Below the pieces are notes generated by a model that made no database searches, was not told the origin of the DNA, and saw nothing but the letters and a program-made list of their open reading frames with translations. Below, piece after piece: positions 9,388 through 18,833 of a DNA stretch of 39,711 nt. Origin of the DNA: a virus (lineage: Duplodnaviria > Heunggongvirae > Uroviricota > Caudoviricetes); IMG/VR virus record IMGVR_UViG_2531839665_000019, positions 1-39,711 of that record. One strand, given 5' to 3'. Position 1 is the stretch's first letter, and every line of letters begins with the position of its first letter. Position numbers and translations under genes: made by a program.

Positions 9388-11660
9388 CAGTAAGTTCCTC
9401 CCGTGCCTCTGTTACCGTCCTGAAGGTTGTATTTATTCACTGCTTCCGCCACGACCTGACCATCGAGCACCAGTTGTGTGGTGAAATTAATGGGGCTGGC
9501 AGGTGGTCCCCAGTGCGTGAGGTATTCCGGCTGGGTGATGCGTCCGGGTTGCCTGGATGCTGATTCAGGCGTTGTGTTTCCGGCGGCTTTGTTGACCTGC
9601 GCCGGTGATGGCAGGGCATCAGCTGCGGCTTTTTTCCTGTCTTCCTCCCAGCGCCTCAACCACTCTTCGTTTTCGGTGGAGTAGCCTTCCCCAAACTGCC
9701 ACCACGGCTGGTATTTTTTACGGGCAGCGTCGATGATTTCCTGGGGGTATCGGGCACGGATGCGCTTCCAGCGTTCTTCGCTTCCTTCGACGGCGGCGTC
9801 TTCTTCCGGGCTGGTTGCGGTGGCCAGTGCCGTAACGGTGCCACCGAAAGAAAGCAGGCTACCGGCAATGCCGGGGAATTTAAATCCTTTGCCTTTTTTG
9901 ACCGTGTTTTCAATGACATCACCGACAACCTCGCCAGCCTTGCCACCGGGTTTACCCCCGGTCAGGATTTTGATCCCGGCCCATGTCAGAGCCGCTGCGG
10001 TCATCGCTTCAATGGCGGTCGTGGCACCCACCACTGCTGTGGTCAGCCCCGGAAATTTTTCACCCGCCCAGCTTATGGCATCGGCCACAGTACCGGATGC
10101 ATCCGCCAGCTTTTTCACGCTGTCCATTTGTGAAAATTCAAGCGTGTTTTTAGCCTGTTCGGTTTTAAAGTCATTGAGGCCGGATATGAAGTTAAAATCC
10201 ACATCACCCGCGCGCTGGCCTTCCGGCAGGGTGCGCTGCTGATTAATCGCGTCTTCAACCTTTTTCCGGTATTCAGGGTTGTTACGGTAAGCCAGCAACG
10301 CTTTTAACGCCTGTTGGTCTGCAACCAGTTTCCCGACACCAAAGCCTTCAAGGAGTTTTGCCATCGAATCGTAAACAGCCGTCTGCTCACCTTTATCCCG
10401 GGCGGAGGCCAGTTTCTTTTGCAACTCCTGAAAGCGTTTATCGCTCGCAACGATTTTGTCTATCAGGCTGGACAGCGCATCTATCGGATCAAGCCCATGT
10501 TCGCGCGCCTGAACCAGCGTGCCGGAAAAATCAATTCCTTTACCGTTGTAATCAATGCTCTTTGCCGCTGTTTCAATATCGTGGCTGGTCAGTTTAGCCA
10601 GCAGGTTAAACACGTTATTTCCGGCTTCATCACTGCTTCCAGCCGTAATGGCGGCAGCTTCATTCAGCGCCAGAATCTTGACAAAATCATCCTTGCCTCT
10701 CATCCCCGCAGCTGACGCTGACCCCAGTTGCGAAGATAACCAGCGGGCCATGTCGCTCAGTTCAAAGCTGCCTTCTTTGCCCGCTGCAATTGCCATATTC
10801 AGAACGGTGGAAATATCTTCATCCCTGAATCCAAAGGTCTTTTTACCCTTAAGCATCACATTAGCCAGGTCTGTCGCTGATGCACCGGAAGCCGTGGCGT
10901 ATTTCATCAGTTCAGGCAGCCACTTACTGGCTGTTTCAAATGAAATACCGCCATCTTTCAGCAGGGCATCCAGCGTTTCGGCTGCATCCTCTTTCGTGCC
11001 ACCACCATAGGTCACCGCGTTACGGATGCTGCTTTTCATCTGCTCAAGACCAGCCCTGCGCCCCTCCAGTCCGCCATCACTGAAGGCGGTATTGGCCATC
11101 ATTGCCAGCTGGCGTTCGTAGCTCATCTGCTTTTTGACCGGCTGCGCCATAATGGCAGCACCTGCTGCAATACCACCGCCTATTGTCACGGCATTCCCGC
11201 CAAATGCAGCCGCACGGGCAAAACGCCCCCGTTCAGGGATAACAGGCGTTTTCGCCATCTTCATCTGAGCCTGAGTAACGCCATCCAGTTCACGCTTGAG
11301 TGCCCGGGCTTTTTCCCGGGTGGCCTGCATGGCGCGCTCCTGCTCCTGCGCAGATTCAAAACCGGCGCGGGCCAGACGGTTATAACTGGCAACCGTCAGA
11401 TAAATTTCACGCCGGATCTCGCGTTCTGCACGAATACCGAGCGTTTCCCGGGCACGGGCGGCACGCTGTATCTCTTTTGCGGCCTTTTTCGTGCTGTTAA
11501 TGCTTTCCTGCCCGGTACGCTTCTGCTCTGCGCCTGCCTTCCGGGTTGCCTTTGTTACACCTTCGGTGGCTTTGATAACCTGTTTTTGTCCCTTTTCCAG
11601 AACCTGCGAGGCTTCGTCCTTCGCAGTCAGGGTCATGCCAACTTTGAAATTACCGGCCAT
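9387..11660 (-). CDS. tail tape measure protein
   Basis: 757 aa; coiled-coil N-terminus, Gly/Ala-rich hydrophobic segments; located after tube and chaperone. Confidence 0.85.
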   Translation of the reverse strand: MAGNFKVGMTLTAKDEASQVLEKGQKQVIKATEGVTKATRKAGAEQKRTGQESINSTKKAAKEIQRAARARETLGIRAEREIRREIYLTVASYNRLARAGFESAQEQERAMQATREKARALKRELDGVTQAQMKMAKTPVIPERGRFARAAAFGGNAVTIGGGIAAGAAIMAQPVKKQMSYERQLAMMANTAFSDGGLEGRRAGLEQMKSSIRNAVTYGGGTKEDAAETLDALLKDGGISFETASKWLPELMKYATASGASATDLANVMLKGKKTFGFRDEDISTVLNMAIAAGKEGSFELSDMARWLSSQLGSASAAGMRGKDDFVKILALNEAAAITAGSSDEAGNNVFNLLAKLTSHDIETAAKSIDYNGKGIDFSGTLVQAREHGLDPIDALSSLIDKIVASDKRFQELQKKLASARDKGEQTAVYDSMAKLLEGFGVGKLVADQQALKALLAYRNNPEYRKKVEDAINQQRTLPEGQRAGDVDFNFISGLNDFKTEQAKNTLEFSQMDSVKKLADASGTVADAISWAGEKFPGLTTAVVGATTAIEAMTAAALTWAGIKILTGGKPGGKAGEVVGDVIENTVKKGKGFKFPGIAGSLLSFGGTVTALATATSPEEDAAVEGSEERWKRIRARYPQEIIDAARKKYQPWWQFGEGYSTENEEWLRRWEEDRKKAAADALPSPAQVNKAAGNTTPESASRQPGRITQPEYLTHWGPPASPINFTTQLVLDGQVVAEAVNKYNLQDGNRGTGGTY

Positions 11661-11822
11661 TTTTCTGCTTACCTTTTCTGCGTTTCTTTCTGAGGGATTT
11701 AAATGACTGGCGGGTGGTCTGTGAGGTGTCCTTTCTTCCTGAGCCGCTGCCGTTCAGCCTGTCAACGGCGGCAAGCCAGCCGTCCAGCTCGGGACGGCTC
11801 ATGGTCATGATTTGCTCTTCGG

Positions 11823-12206
11823 TTATTCCGTAGCGCCCGAGGATAAGGACTGCGAGCCGGAGTCCGGCGAGCCGGGATTCCCGCCGTTCCGCTTTACCTT
11901 CAGGACGTTGCGTGATGCCAGCAGAATATTAAAATCGTCCGGCGTCATGTTGTCGTGCAACAGATCCGCCGTCAGTTCTTCCTGCGGGATATCCCCAAGA
12001 CGGACCAGCGTTGCCGCCATCACTGCGCAACGGTAGTAATAATCTGCCGCGAAGCCGTCCACCGTCTGAAAGCGTTCTTCCGTTTCTTCCAGTGCCTGCC
12101 CGTTATCACGCATGACCGGCAGACGCAGCTCAAAGTTTTTATGAACGGTGCCGTTAAATACCACGCCATCAGACAGTTCGCCGGTCTGTGTATTAATCAA
12201 AGTCAT
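11823..12206 (-). CDS. tail assembly chaperone (Mu gp41-like)
   Basis: 127 aa ORF between tube and tape measure; the -1 frame stays open across its stop into a 51-codon extension. Confidence 0.6.
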   Translation of the reverse strand: MTLINTQTGELSDGVVFNGTVHKNFELRLPVMRDNGQALEETEERFQTVDGFAADYYYRCAVMAATLVRLGDIPQEELTADLLHDNMTPDDFNILLASRNVLKVKRNGGNPGSPDSGSQSLSSGATE

Positions 12207-12577
12207 CCTGTCACCTTCCTGAGTGCAGCCATTTTGATATCAATTTTCGCTTCACTGTCGACGGTGTATTTCTCACCCACTTCAACAGTGAAGCAGTCCA
12301 GATAGGAGGTGCGCTTACCGCTGTTGCTGAGCGGATAAATTGAAATTTTCACACCTTCCAGATTTTCCCAGTCCGGCTCGTTGGTATCAGGGATAACCGC
12401 CGAAACTGAAATATCGTAGGTGGCAATGCCACGGGCAAAGCCTTTGGCCCTGCCGGTTTTGTTCATGGTCTTGACCAGCTTTCGCCCGGTGTTGATCTGA
12501 ACATCGAAGTCGGTGATCTCGATTTCCTGGCTGTCCACCTCCAGCACAATCGAGCCGACATATTCTTTAATGGACAT
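12203..12577 (-). CDS. tail tube protein (Mu M-like)
   Basis: 124 aa ORF immediately after sheath. Confidence 0.7.
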   Translation of the reverse strand: MSIKEYVGSIVLEVDSQEIEITDFDVQINTGRKLVKTMNKTGRAKGFARGIATYDISVSAVIPDTNEPDWENLEGVKISIYPLSNSGKRTSYLDCFTVEVGEKYTVDSEAKIDIKMAALRKVTG

Positions 12578-12589
12578 TTACCGCGCTCC

Positions 12590-14011
12590 TTACAAAATCA
12601 TGTCGATGCGACCGGCAAACACATGCAGGCCGTTAACCACATCCGCCGGAACCACGCAGTCGAGACGGTTTGCATCTTTCCCGTTTCGCTGAACGCGCAG
12701 CTTTGCCTTGTTCGCTTCCACGTTCTCCAGAATCTCCGCTTCCTCCAGCTTGATCAGCACGTCATACAGTTCGCTTTCCACTTTTGCGATAGTGCGGGTG
12801 CTGAGTTTTTCGCGCGGGAAGCGAAGGCTGATGCGTTCGCGGCACGCCTTGCGGGTGTAGTCCAGCGTTCTGATGGACGTGATATCCAGTAACGAGACGT
12901 CAGTCACGCCCTGTGCGTTAACCGTGTACGTACTGACCGCACGCACAATCTGTACCGTGTTACCCGGGCCAACCTCAACCGGCGTCAGGCCATTATGCAG
13001 GGCGTTTTCCTGCTCGTTACGGCTTTCACGCTGTGACATGGCGACCACATCCAGCCCGGACAGTGCCAGCGAGTTCAGCGGACGCGCCGGGTCTTCCTCG
13101 CCCGCCATCACAGCGCCGTAGATGGCGGCCAGCACCGCTGGCAGCTTCACGGAGCCGCGATACCAGGGGACGGACACGCGCCCGCTGTTCACACCGGCTG
13201 CCAGGGTGATCCCGTTTCCGAGACTGCCCGTCCAGCCCGCACAGCCAATCGCGCCGCGCTGTTCCATCGCGTTCCCGGTTTTCTCCAGATGCTGCTTCAG
13301 GGCGGCAAGGGCTGGCGTGGTACTGAACGGACAAATCAGAATGTTGTGACCGGCGGCAAAGACCGCATCCAGTGCGGGCTGAATATCCGGGTCCATTTCA
13401 CCGTTCGCCATCGGCGTGGCGCTCACGGTCAGACCACCTGCCGTGGTGGATGCTGACAGGGTGATGTCATTCCCCCAGGCTCCTTTGGTCCGGGTGGTCA
13501 CCGTCAGCTGAGAGGCTTCCGATTTGTATTCCCCCGTCACCAGAAGCGAGGGCGTCTGCGTCATTGCTTCCACCAGTGCCGGAATGATTTTCGACGGTTC
13601 ATCACCGGTTTCCACATCCACCGTGACCTGCTCACCGGCAACCCATACCGACAGCGTGCCGCTGCTGGTTGCCGTGCCACTGACGGTAACTGCGCCGGTT
13701 GCCGCCTTTCCTGCGCCACTGTCTGCAATACCGATAACATCCAGTTGCAGATAGCTGTTGGCATTAATGGCCGCGCGCGCCATTGCAGCGGCCAGCGAAC
13801 CGGCCCCGAAATACACATCCGCTTCGTCTTCGGAATACACGGAAACGGCATTCAGGGGCGTGGCGGTGCCGCCTGACAGCATCGGGCCAATCACCAGAAC
13901 ACGCTGTTCATTACCCGGCAGCGTGTTAACGGCCAGCCGGGTATTAAACTCAAAATGCACGCCGGGCTTACGGATGCCGCCCGAAATGGTGTCAAACTGA
14001 ATTTCACTCAT
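12590..14011 (-). CDS. contractile tail sheath protein (Mu L-like)
   Basis: 473 aa; sheath-like composition; sheath-tube-chaperone-tape measure order. Confidence 0.85.
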   Translation of the reverse strand: MSEIQFDTISGGIRKPGVHFEFNTRLAVNTLPGNEQRVLVIGPMLSGGTATPLNAVSVYSEDEADVYFGAGSLAAAMARAAINANSYLQLDVIGIADSGAGKAATGAVTVSGTATSSGTLSVWVAGEQVTVDVETGDEPSKIIPALVEAMTQTPSLLVTGEYKSEASQLTVTTRTKGAWGNDITLSASTTAGGLTVSATPMANGEMDPDIQPALDAVFAAGHNILICPFSTTPALAALKQHLEKTGNAMEQRGAIGCAGWTGSLGNGITLAAGVNSGRVSVPWYRGSVKLPAVLAAIYGAVMAGEEDPARPLNSLALSGLDVVAMSQRESRNEQENALHNGLTPVEVGPGNTVQIVRAVSTYTVNAQGVTDVSLLDITSIRTLDYTRKACRERISLRFPREKLSTRTIAKVESELYDVLIKLEEAEILENVEANKAKLRVQRNGKDANRLDCVVPADVVNGLHVFAGRIDMIL

Positions 14012-14246
14012 CGGAATCCACCTGTTTCTCTCTCTTCGCCTTCGCTTTTACCTGCACGGCGTCCTGTTCAGCCGTCACGGTGGTTTCAGGCTCATCCTTC
14101 ACCAGAATCAGGTCACCGTCCTGAACGGCGCGCCGGTAATAAGCGGTGTTCTCAACGGTCACCGCTTCCGTGGTGATGTATTTCCGGGCGTTATCCTCCA
14201 TCGGGAACTTCATCCCGGGAGCCGCCTTAACCTTCATTTTGTTCAT
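14004..14246 (-). CDS. hypothetical phage protein (Mu gp38-like position)
   Basis: 80 aa ORF upstream of sheath. Confidence 0.45.
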   Translation of the reverse strand: MNKMKVKAAPGMKFPMEDNARKYITTEAVTVENTAYYRRAVQDGDLILVKDEPETTVTAEQDAVQVKAKAKREKQVDSDE

Positions 14247-14808
14247 GCTGTTGCTCTCTTAATTCATCCAGACCACAGATATCTGCGCCGTATTGCGTAC
14301 CAATTCGCAGTAAATCCGGATCCGGGTCTGACAGCCTGCCGTGGTAGCGGTTGAAGAGGCGGTCCGCTTCTGCGCCACGCTCCGGCCATTTGCCGTTCTC
14401 CAGCGCGTGCTCCACCCAGCGGGTATCGAACTCACAGGCAAACACGGACATTGCCCGCTCTGCCACGCCGGTGTTAAACAGCGTCCTGACCCGCCCGGGT
14501 TCGAAATAATCAATCTCCAGCCCCAAATCCTGACCGGTCAGCAGGCGACGGACGGATTCAACCAGCTGGTTTGTCCCGACCTCATCCCGGACAGTGCCTC
14601 CCTGTCTGGCGCTCTGTTCGCTGCGGGTGTTGTAATCACCCACCACAACCACAAAGCGTCCGGTGGCAATGTATTTCCGGCGTGACGTGGAATAGCGTTC
14701 GGTTTTCACGATGCCGCCGAACGTCACCCAGGCTGCCGGAAGGCTGCGAACAATCCGGCCCGGATCTTCATCCAGTTCACCGGCATAGGTGCGGACATCC
14801 TGCACCAT
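14227..14808 (-). CDS. Mu gp37-like protein (DUF1834-like)
   Basis: 193 aa; conserved Mu-like head-tail joining block. Confidence 0.5.
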   Translation of the reverse strand: MVQDVRTYAGELDEDPGRIVRSLPAAWVTFGGIVKTERYSTSRRKYIATGRFVVVVGDYNTRSEQSARQGGTVRDEVGTNQLVESVRRLLTGQDLGLEIDYFEPGRVRTLFNTGVAERAMSVFACEFDTRWVEHALENGKWPERGAEADRLFNRYHGRLSDPDPDLLRIGTQYGADICGLDELREQQHEQNEG

Positions 14809-14861
14809 ATGCCCCAGACCACAGCGCAGACGCTCAACCAGCGCCCGTTCAATTTCAGTAA

Positions 14862-15293
14862 TCAGAATGCACCTCCCCGCGTGGACTCACGCCCGAACTG
14901 ACGGGAGCCGGAGCGGATACGCACCTGTGACGATGACTGGATCACGCTGCCGGACGTATCCCGTCCGAGGTTGATTTGTCCTGCCGCGACTTTCTCCAGA
15001 AAGCGGATGGCATCCCGGTAGCGCATCTGAATTTCTTCTGAGCAGATACGGTAATCAGTCGCCAGGTGGTAACGGGCGATATCGCAGCAGTAACCCACCA
15101 GAATCCCCGGGCTGTCAGGCCACGGGGTCCGGTAACGCCCCACCAGATAGCCATCAATCTGGGCACTGGCGCGCGCAAGCGCGGAGGCCAGCTTTTCTTC
15201 GTCGATGAATCCCGTCATGTCTTCATCCGTCAGTGTGCGTGCCTCGCGTTCACTGAACGCCCTGATGAACTGTTCCGGTGTGGCGTAAGACAT
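14862..15293 (-). CDS. Mu gp36-like protein (DUF1320-like)
   Basis: 143 aa; MSYATPEQF... N-terminus and IDGYLVGRY motif recalled as DUF1320-like. Confidence 0.5.
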   Translation of the reverse strand: MSYATPEQFIRAFSEREARTLTDEDMTGFIDEEKLASALARASAQIDGYLVGRYRTPWPDSPGILVGYCCDIARYHLATDYRICSEEIQMRYRDAIRFLEKVAAGQINLGRDTSGSVIQSSSQVRIRSGSRQFGRESTRGGAF

Positions 15294-15296
15294 GGG

Positions 15297-15638
15297 TTAC
15301 TTCTCCTTTTTGTCCGCTTTTTGTGTTTTCCGTGCGGCGTTCAGCTGTGCGGTCAGTTCACTGACTTTCTGGCGTTCTTCTTCCAGTTGCGCCGTCAGTT
15401 CGCTGACTTTCTGACGCTCGGCATCCAGCTGTGCGGCCAGTTCATCACCCCGGGCCGCGTCGTTCTGGCCGGACGCTTTATCGCGCTCCACCACAATCAG
15501 CATGGGGTCAGCCTTCAGCACCGCCAGCTGTTCCGGGGTGAACGCATCCACAGGCCATGCCTTCGTGGTTGCGCTGTGTGCCACACCGCAGCGGCGAAAC
15601 CCCTCACGGCGGGCGGTAATTTCAATCACCTTTTCCAT
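15297..15638 (-). CDS. small coiled-coil protein with internal 14-aa tandem repeat
   Basis: 113 aa; C-terminus ERQKVSELTAQL repeated, encoded by a 42-bp tandem DNA repeat. Confidence 0.5.
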   Translation of the reverse strand: MEKVIEITARREGFRRCGVAHSATTKAWPVDAFTPEQLAVLKADPMLIVVERDKASGQNDAARGDELAAQLDAERQKVSELTAQLEEERQKVSELTAQLNAARKTQKADKKEK

Positions 15639-15641
15639 GCA

Positions 15642-16592
15642 TTACTCCGTCGTACCATCAGAACCAAATGCCATCTGCCAGAAGCCGTAACCGCCGTTAC
15701 AGCGCGCTTCGGCACCAAACAGGAACTTCTTACGCTTGAACACGTTGTCGCTGTTGTAGTCCGTCTGCTCCACAAAAACAGGCTTTTTACGCAGCTGATA
15801 AATCAGCGGTTTCACCGGTTTGGTGGTGTCAAACAGGAACCACGCAGAATCCGACGCCAGCTCCGGCATCACCAGCACTTCAGCGGTATTGCGGTACGGG
15901 TTCGGCGTGCCGTCCGGAAACTTCTCGGCGGTCATCAGGTAGTTCGCGTCATCCTCCAGCGCCGGTGGCACAACCAGCAGATTCGGGCGAATTTTGAGGG
16001 ATGCGCCTTCGTCATCTTTCAGACTACGCATGGCCGTACGGGCGGCACCGTAGGAGGCTTTCGCCTCGGCAAGCGAGCCAACTTTGAGTTTTTTGGTGCC
16101 TTTGTTGGACACCGATTTACCGGCGACCAGGTGGTCGGTATCAAAGAACATCTGACCGTCGTAACAGGGATTGGTAAAACCGTTACTGATAAGGGACGCC
16201 ACAATATCTGCCGGTAGCTCTGCTGCCGACTGTCCGGCTCCTTTCGCCTGAAGGGCATAGCCCATAATCTGGTCGTCCTCGATGTCGTTACGATCGACTT
16301 CAACCGTGGCTTCCCAGTCCTTGTTACGGATGGTGTAGTTAAATGCCGCCAGTGATTTGACGACCTTGTCACCAATCCACTCGCGCATTTTCGGGAAACG
16401 GCTTAACCAGCTGTAGTCGTTCTCCTTGCCGTTTGATGGCACTTCCATTGCCACCTTCTGCCAGTCAGTTGGTGACTGGTCGAAGGCTTTCTGGAAGGTG
16501 GCCTTCAGATTGATAAAAATCTGTTTGACGTTTTTAACGTTGACTAACACGTTTTGCTCCTTAACTGAAATGAACCCAGACGCCATCGTCAC
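15642..16592 (-). CDS. major head subunit (Mu T-like)
   Basis: 316 aa ORF downstream of protease/scaffold; start uncertain (overlaps upstream gene). Confidence 0.8.
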   Translation of the reverse strand: MTMASGFISVKEQNVLVNVKNVKQIFINLKATFQKAFDQSPTDWQKVAMEVPSNGKENDYSWLSRFPKMREWIGDKVVKSLAAFNYTIRNKDWEATVEVDRNDIEDDQIMGYALQAKGAGQSAAELPADIVASLISNGFTNPCYDGQMFFDTDHLVAGKSVSNKGTKKLKVGSLAEAKASYGAARTAMRSLKDDEGASLKIRPNLLVVPPALEDDANYLMTAEKFPDGTPNPYRNTAEVLVMPELASDSAWFLFDTTKPVKPLIYQLRKKPVFVEQTDYNSDNVFKRKKFLFGAEARCNGGYGFWQMAFGSDGTTE

Positions 16593-16956
16593 CGATGCCG
16601 ATCACTTTCCCGGCGACAGGGCGGGCGCTGCTGTTGTCGGTTTTCGCCACGGTCACGCTGTCTTCCACGTAGCATTCTTTACCAACCTGCGATTGCGTGA
16701 CCGGGTCTGAGGTGCTGTTCGCCATCAGAAAGGCTTTGCCGCAACGCACCAGAACGGTGGCGTCGCCATCGCTGCCCTTGCTGTTATCCACCCAGCCATC
16801 AGACACGCCCAGCGTAATCTGTGAGGCCGTGGCACTGGCCGGAACGGCATAACCGGATGCGTTAACGGCCACCATATGACCACCAAAAATTTCGGTCGCA
16901 GCGGCAACCGGCACCGGGTTCAGCTCGCCGTCACGATAGGGGGTATTGCGATCCAT
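16561..16956 (-). CDS. head-associated protein (possible decoration protein)
   Basis: 131 aa ORF between I and T genes; family uncertain. Confidence 0.45.
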   Translation of the reverse strand: MDRNTPYRDGELNPVPVAAATEIFGGHMVAVNASGYAVPASATASQITLGVSDGWVDNSKGSDGDATVLVRCGKAFLMANSTSDPVTQSQVGKECYVEDSVTVAKTDNSSARPVAGKVIGIGDDGVWVHFS

Positions 16957-18126
16957 TTACTCATCTCCTGCGTAACGGGCGACATCCTCTGGATCAACGC
17001 CCATCATTGAACAAATGGCGATATCGACATCGACGTCATCGCCGGTTTTAATCTGCGCCGGGGCAGGCGACGGCGTTTTGGGTGGTTTGCCGCCGGTCTG
17101 GGTCTGACTGAGCGCAACAAGTTTCGGTGCGTTATCCAGCCAGGACTTAAAGCCGTTGATATCGCGGCTGGCGTAATCTTTCGCCCAGCCTTCCTGTGCC
17201 GGAAGCAGTCGCCCGTCAGACAGCGCCGCCTGAATCAGTGCCCCGGCTTCGGCCTCACCGGACTGTTGCGCCAGTGCGGCATAACGCCCCTGAAGTTCTT
17301 CATATGCCGTCAGAGGGATATGCTTCGTCGGGTCATAGGCATTTGCTGACAGGCTGGCGATTTGCTCGTCTTTCTGATTCAGCAGGGCCAGCAGGCTGAC
17401 GGATGCCGCCGCCGTTCCCTGACCGTTCGAAATCATGTCAACGACCTTTTGCAGCTCGCTTTTAATATCTTCCGCCGTTGAGGTAACCGGGAGGTTAAGC
17501 ATCCAGCGCAGACTGGACAGCAAATCGTTTAACAGTTCTTCATCCACCGTTGTGGTCTCCGTTTCAGTTGACAGACTCGCCAGACGGCTGGCCGCAGCCA
17601 GCATGACCGCGTCCATACCGTCCAGCGCCGGGGTATTGGTCAGCGCAGCATGTAACAGCTCGATGACTTCGCCGCGCTTGTTGTATCCAAATACCGGGGA
17701 AATAAATTTGTACTCACCGGCGGCAATCATGGCCGCCGCGTTCTCCGTCCACTCCACACCGATGGCATACAGGCCTGAACCTTCACGCCATTCCACCTGG
17801 CTGAACCAGCCCGCCGCCGGGGCGGGCTTGCCGTTGTTTACGGCGCGCAGCGTCTGATGTTCGTAATCAATGACAAAAGGCGTGGTACGGGCTGCCACCT
17901 GTGCGACAAGCTGCGCGGCCAGTTCGGCAGTCAGCACCCATTTACCGCTTTCGACTTCATCGGTATGTGGGCGACCATCCACTGCGCTGAACTCGCCTGC
18001 AGGAAACAGCTGGATTTCGCTGTGAGTTGCTTTGGTGATTTCGAGGCTTAACGCCGCAATGTTCATCTTCATACGCGGCATGATGACGGAAGGAGAAAAC
18101 GGGGTACTGTTGAGGGTGTTCAGCAC
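16957..18126 (-). CDS. head protease/scaffold protein (Mu I-like)
   Basis: 389 aa ORF between G and T; listed start is GTG, internal ATGs exist, true start uncertain. Confidence 0.75.
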   Translation of the reverse strand: MLNTLNSTPFSPSVIMPRMKMNIAALSLEITKATHSEIQLFPAGEFSAVDGRPHTDEVESGKWVLTAELAAQLVAQVAARTTPFVIDYEHQTLRAVNNGKPAPAAGWFSQVEWREGSGLYAIGVEWTENAAAMIAAGEYKFISPVFGYNKRGEVIELLHAALTNTPALDGMDAVMLAAASRLASLSTETETTTVDEELLNDLLSSLRWMLNLPVTSTAEDIKSELQKVVDMISNGQGTAAASVSLLALLNQKDEQIASLSANAYDPTKHIPLTAYEELQGRYAALAQQSGEAEAGALIQAALSDGRLLPAQEGWAKDYASRDINGFKSWLDNAPKLVALSQTQTGGKPPKTPSPAPAQIKTGDDVDVDIAICSMMGVDPEDVARYAGDE

Positions 18127-18163
18127 CCTGCCATAACGGGAAAGGATAAAAGGGGAAATAAAA

Positions 18164-18190
18164 CCGTTTTTAAAACCCTTTTAAAAACGA
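18164..18190. promoter_or_regulatory. inverted repeat CGTTTTTAAAA-CCC-TTTTAAAAACG in the G-I intergenic region
   Basis: Near-perfect palindrome in the central 155-bp gap between G and I, where phage Mu carries its strong gyrase site and a late promoter. Confidence 0.35.
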
Positions 18191-18281
18191 TTCTGACAGC
18201 ATTTACGGGGTGCAGTGCTGTAATGCCTCATCCGTGAGGCGTTTATGTTGTCACAGCCGATTACAGCGCGTTTGTGACCAT

Positions 18282-18833
18282 TCAGTCAATCACACGCGCA
18301 AAATAGCGGTTTGCGGTGTTCTCCAGCTCGTCGATGTCGTCCTGTACAAGCTGAAGAAAGGGGCGCGCGGGCATGTTGACCGTATACGCTCCGACCGTTG
18401 CGCTCTGCACAAAATTACTGTTGCGCTTTTTCACAAAGCGGGTGCTGACGCTGCCGTTTTTGTACTGTTTAAAATACAGGTTCTGCGTCCGTGCCTGATG
18501 GCGGATTTCGCCGCCTTCGTTGTGGATACGGGCATAACGGACGTTTGTCCCGACCGTGGCCTCGTTATTGTTAACCGCAGAGCGGATACTGGCAGCCAGT
18601 CGCCCGGACTTCTGAAGGATTTGCCCGGGGCCGCGTCGCTTCGCATAAGCCGGACTCCAGCCCATCCATTTCGGGCGACCCTGTTGTTCAAAGTTAGTCT
18701 CAACCGCATCCAGCATGGAACCCGCAAGCGCCGTCATCAGGTCGCGCCGGTCCTTCACGGAACGAATCAGTTTACCCAGCGTGGTGTTATACGCCTTCAA
18801 ATCAATCTTAATATCCAGTTTACCGTTGCTCAT
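18282..18833 (-). CDS. virion morphogenesis protein (Mu G-like)
   Basis: 183 aa ORF between F-like and I-like genes. Confidence 0.65.
   Translation of the reverse strand: MSNGKLDIKIDLKAYNTTLGKLIRSVKDRRDLMTALAGSMLDAVETNFEQQGRPKWMGWSPAYAKRRGPGQILQKSGRLAASIRSAVNNNEATVGTNVRYARIHNEGGEIRHQARTQNLYFKQYKNGSVSTRFVKKRNSNFVQSATVGAYTVNMPARPFLQLVQDDIDELENTANRYFARVID

Noticed and set aside
15066-16217. 383-aa plus-strand ORF
   Set aside because: Lies antisense to the major head and neighbouring genes; Arg/His/Cys-rich composition typical of a spurious antisense frame in GC-rich coding DNA; no RBS context.
18127-18281. Possible anti-CRISPR locus between G and protease/scaffold genes (the position used by Pseudomonas Mu-like phages)
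   Set aside because: The gap is only 155 bp and the longest minus-strand reading frames are 6 and 16 codons; no acr/aca-like ORF is present here.
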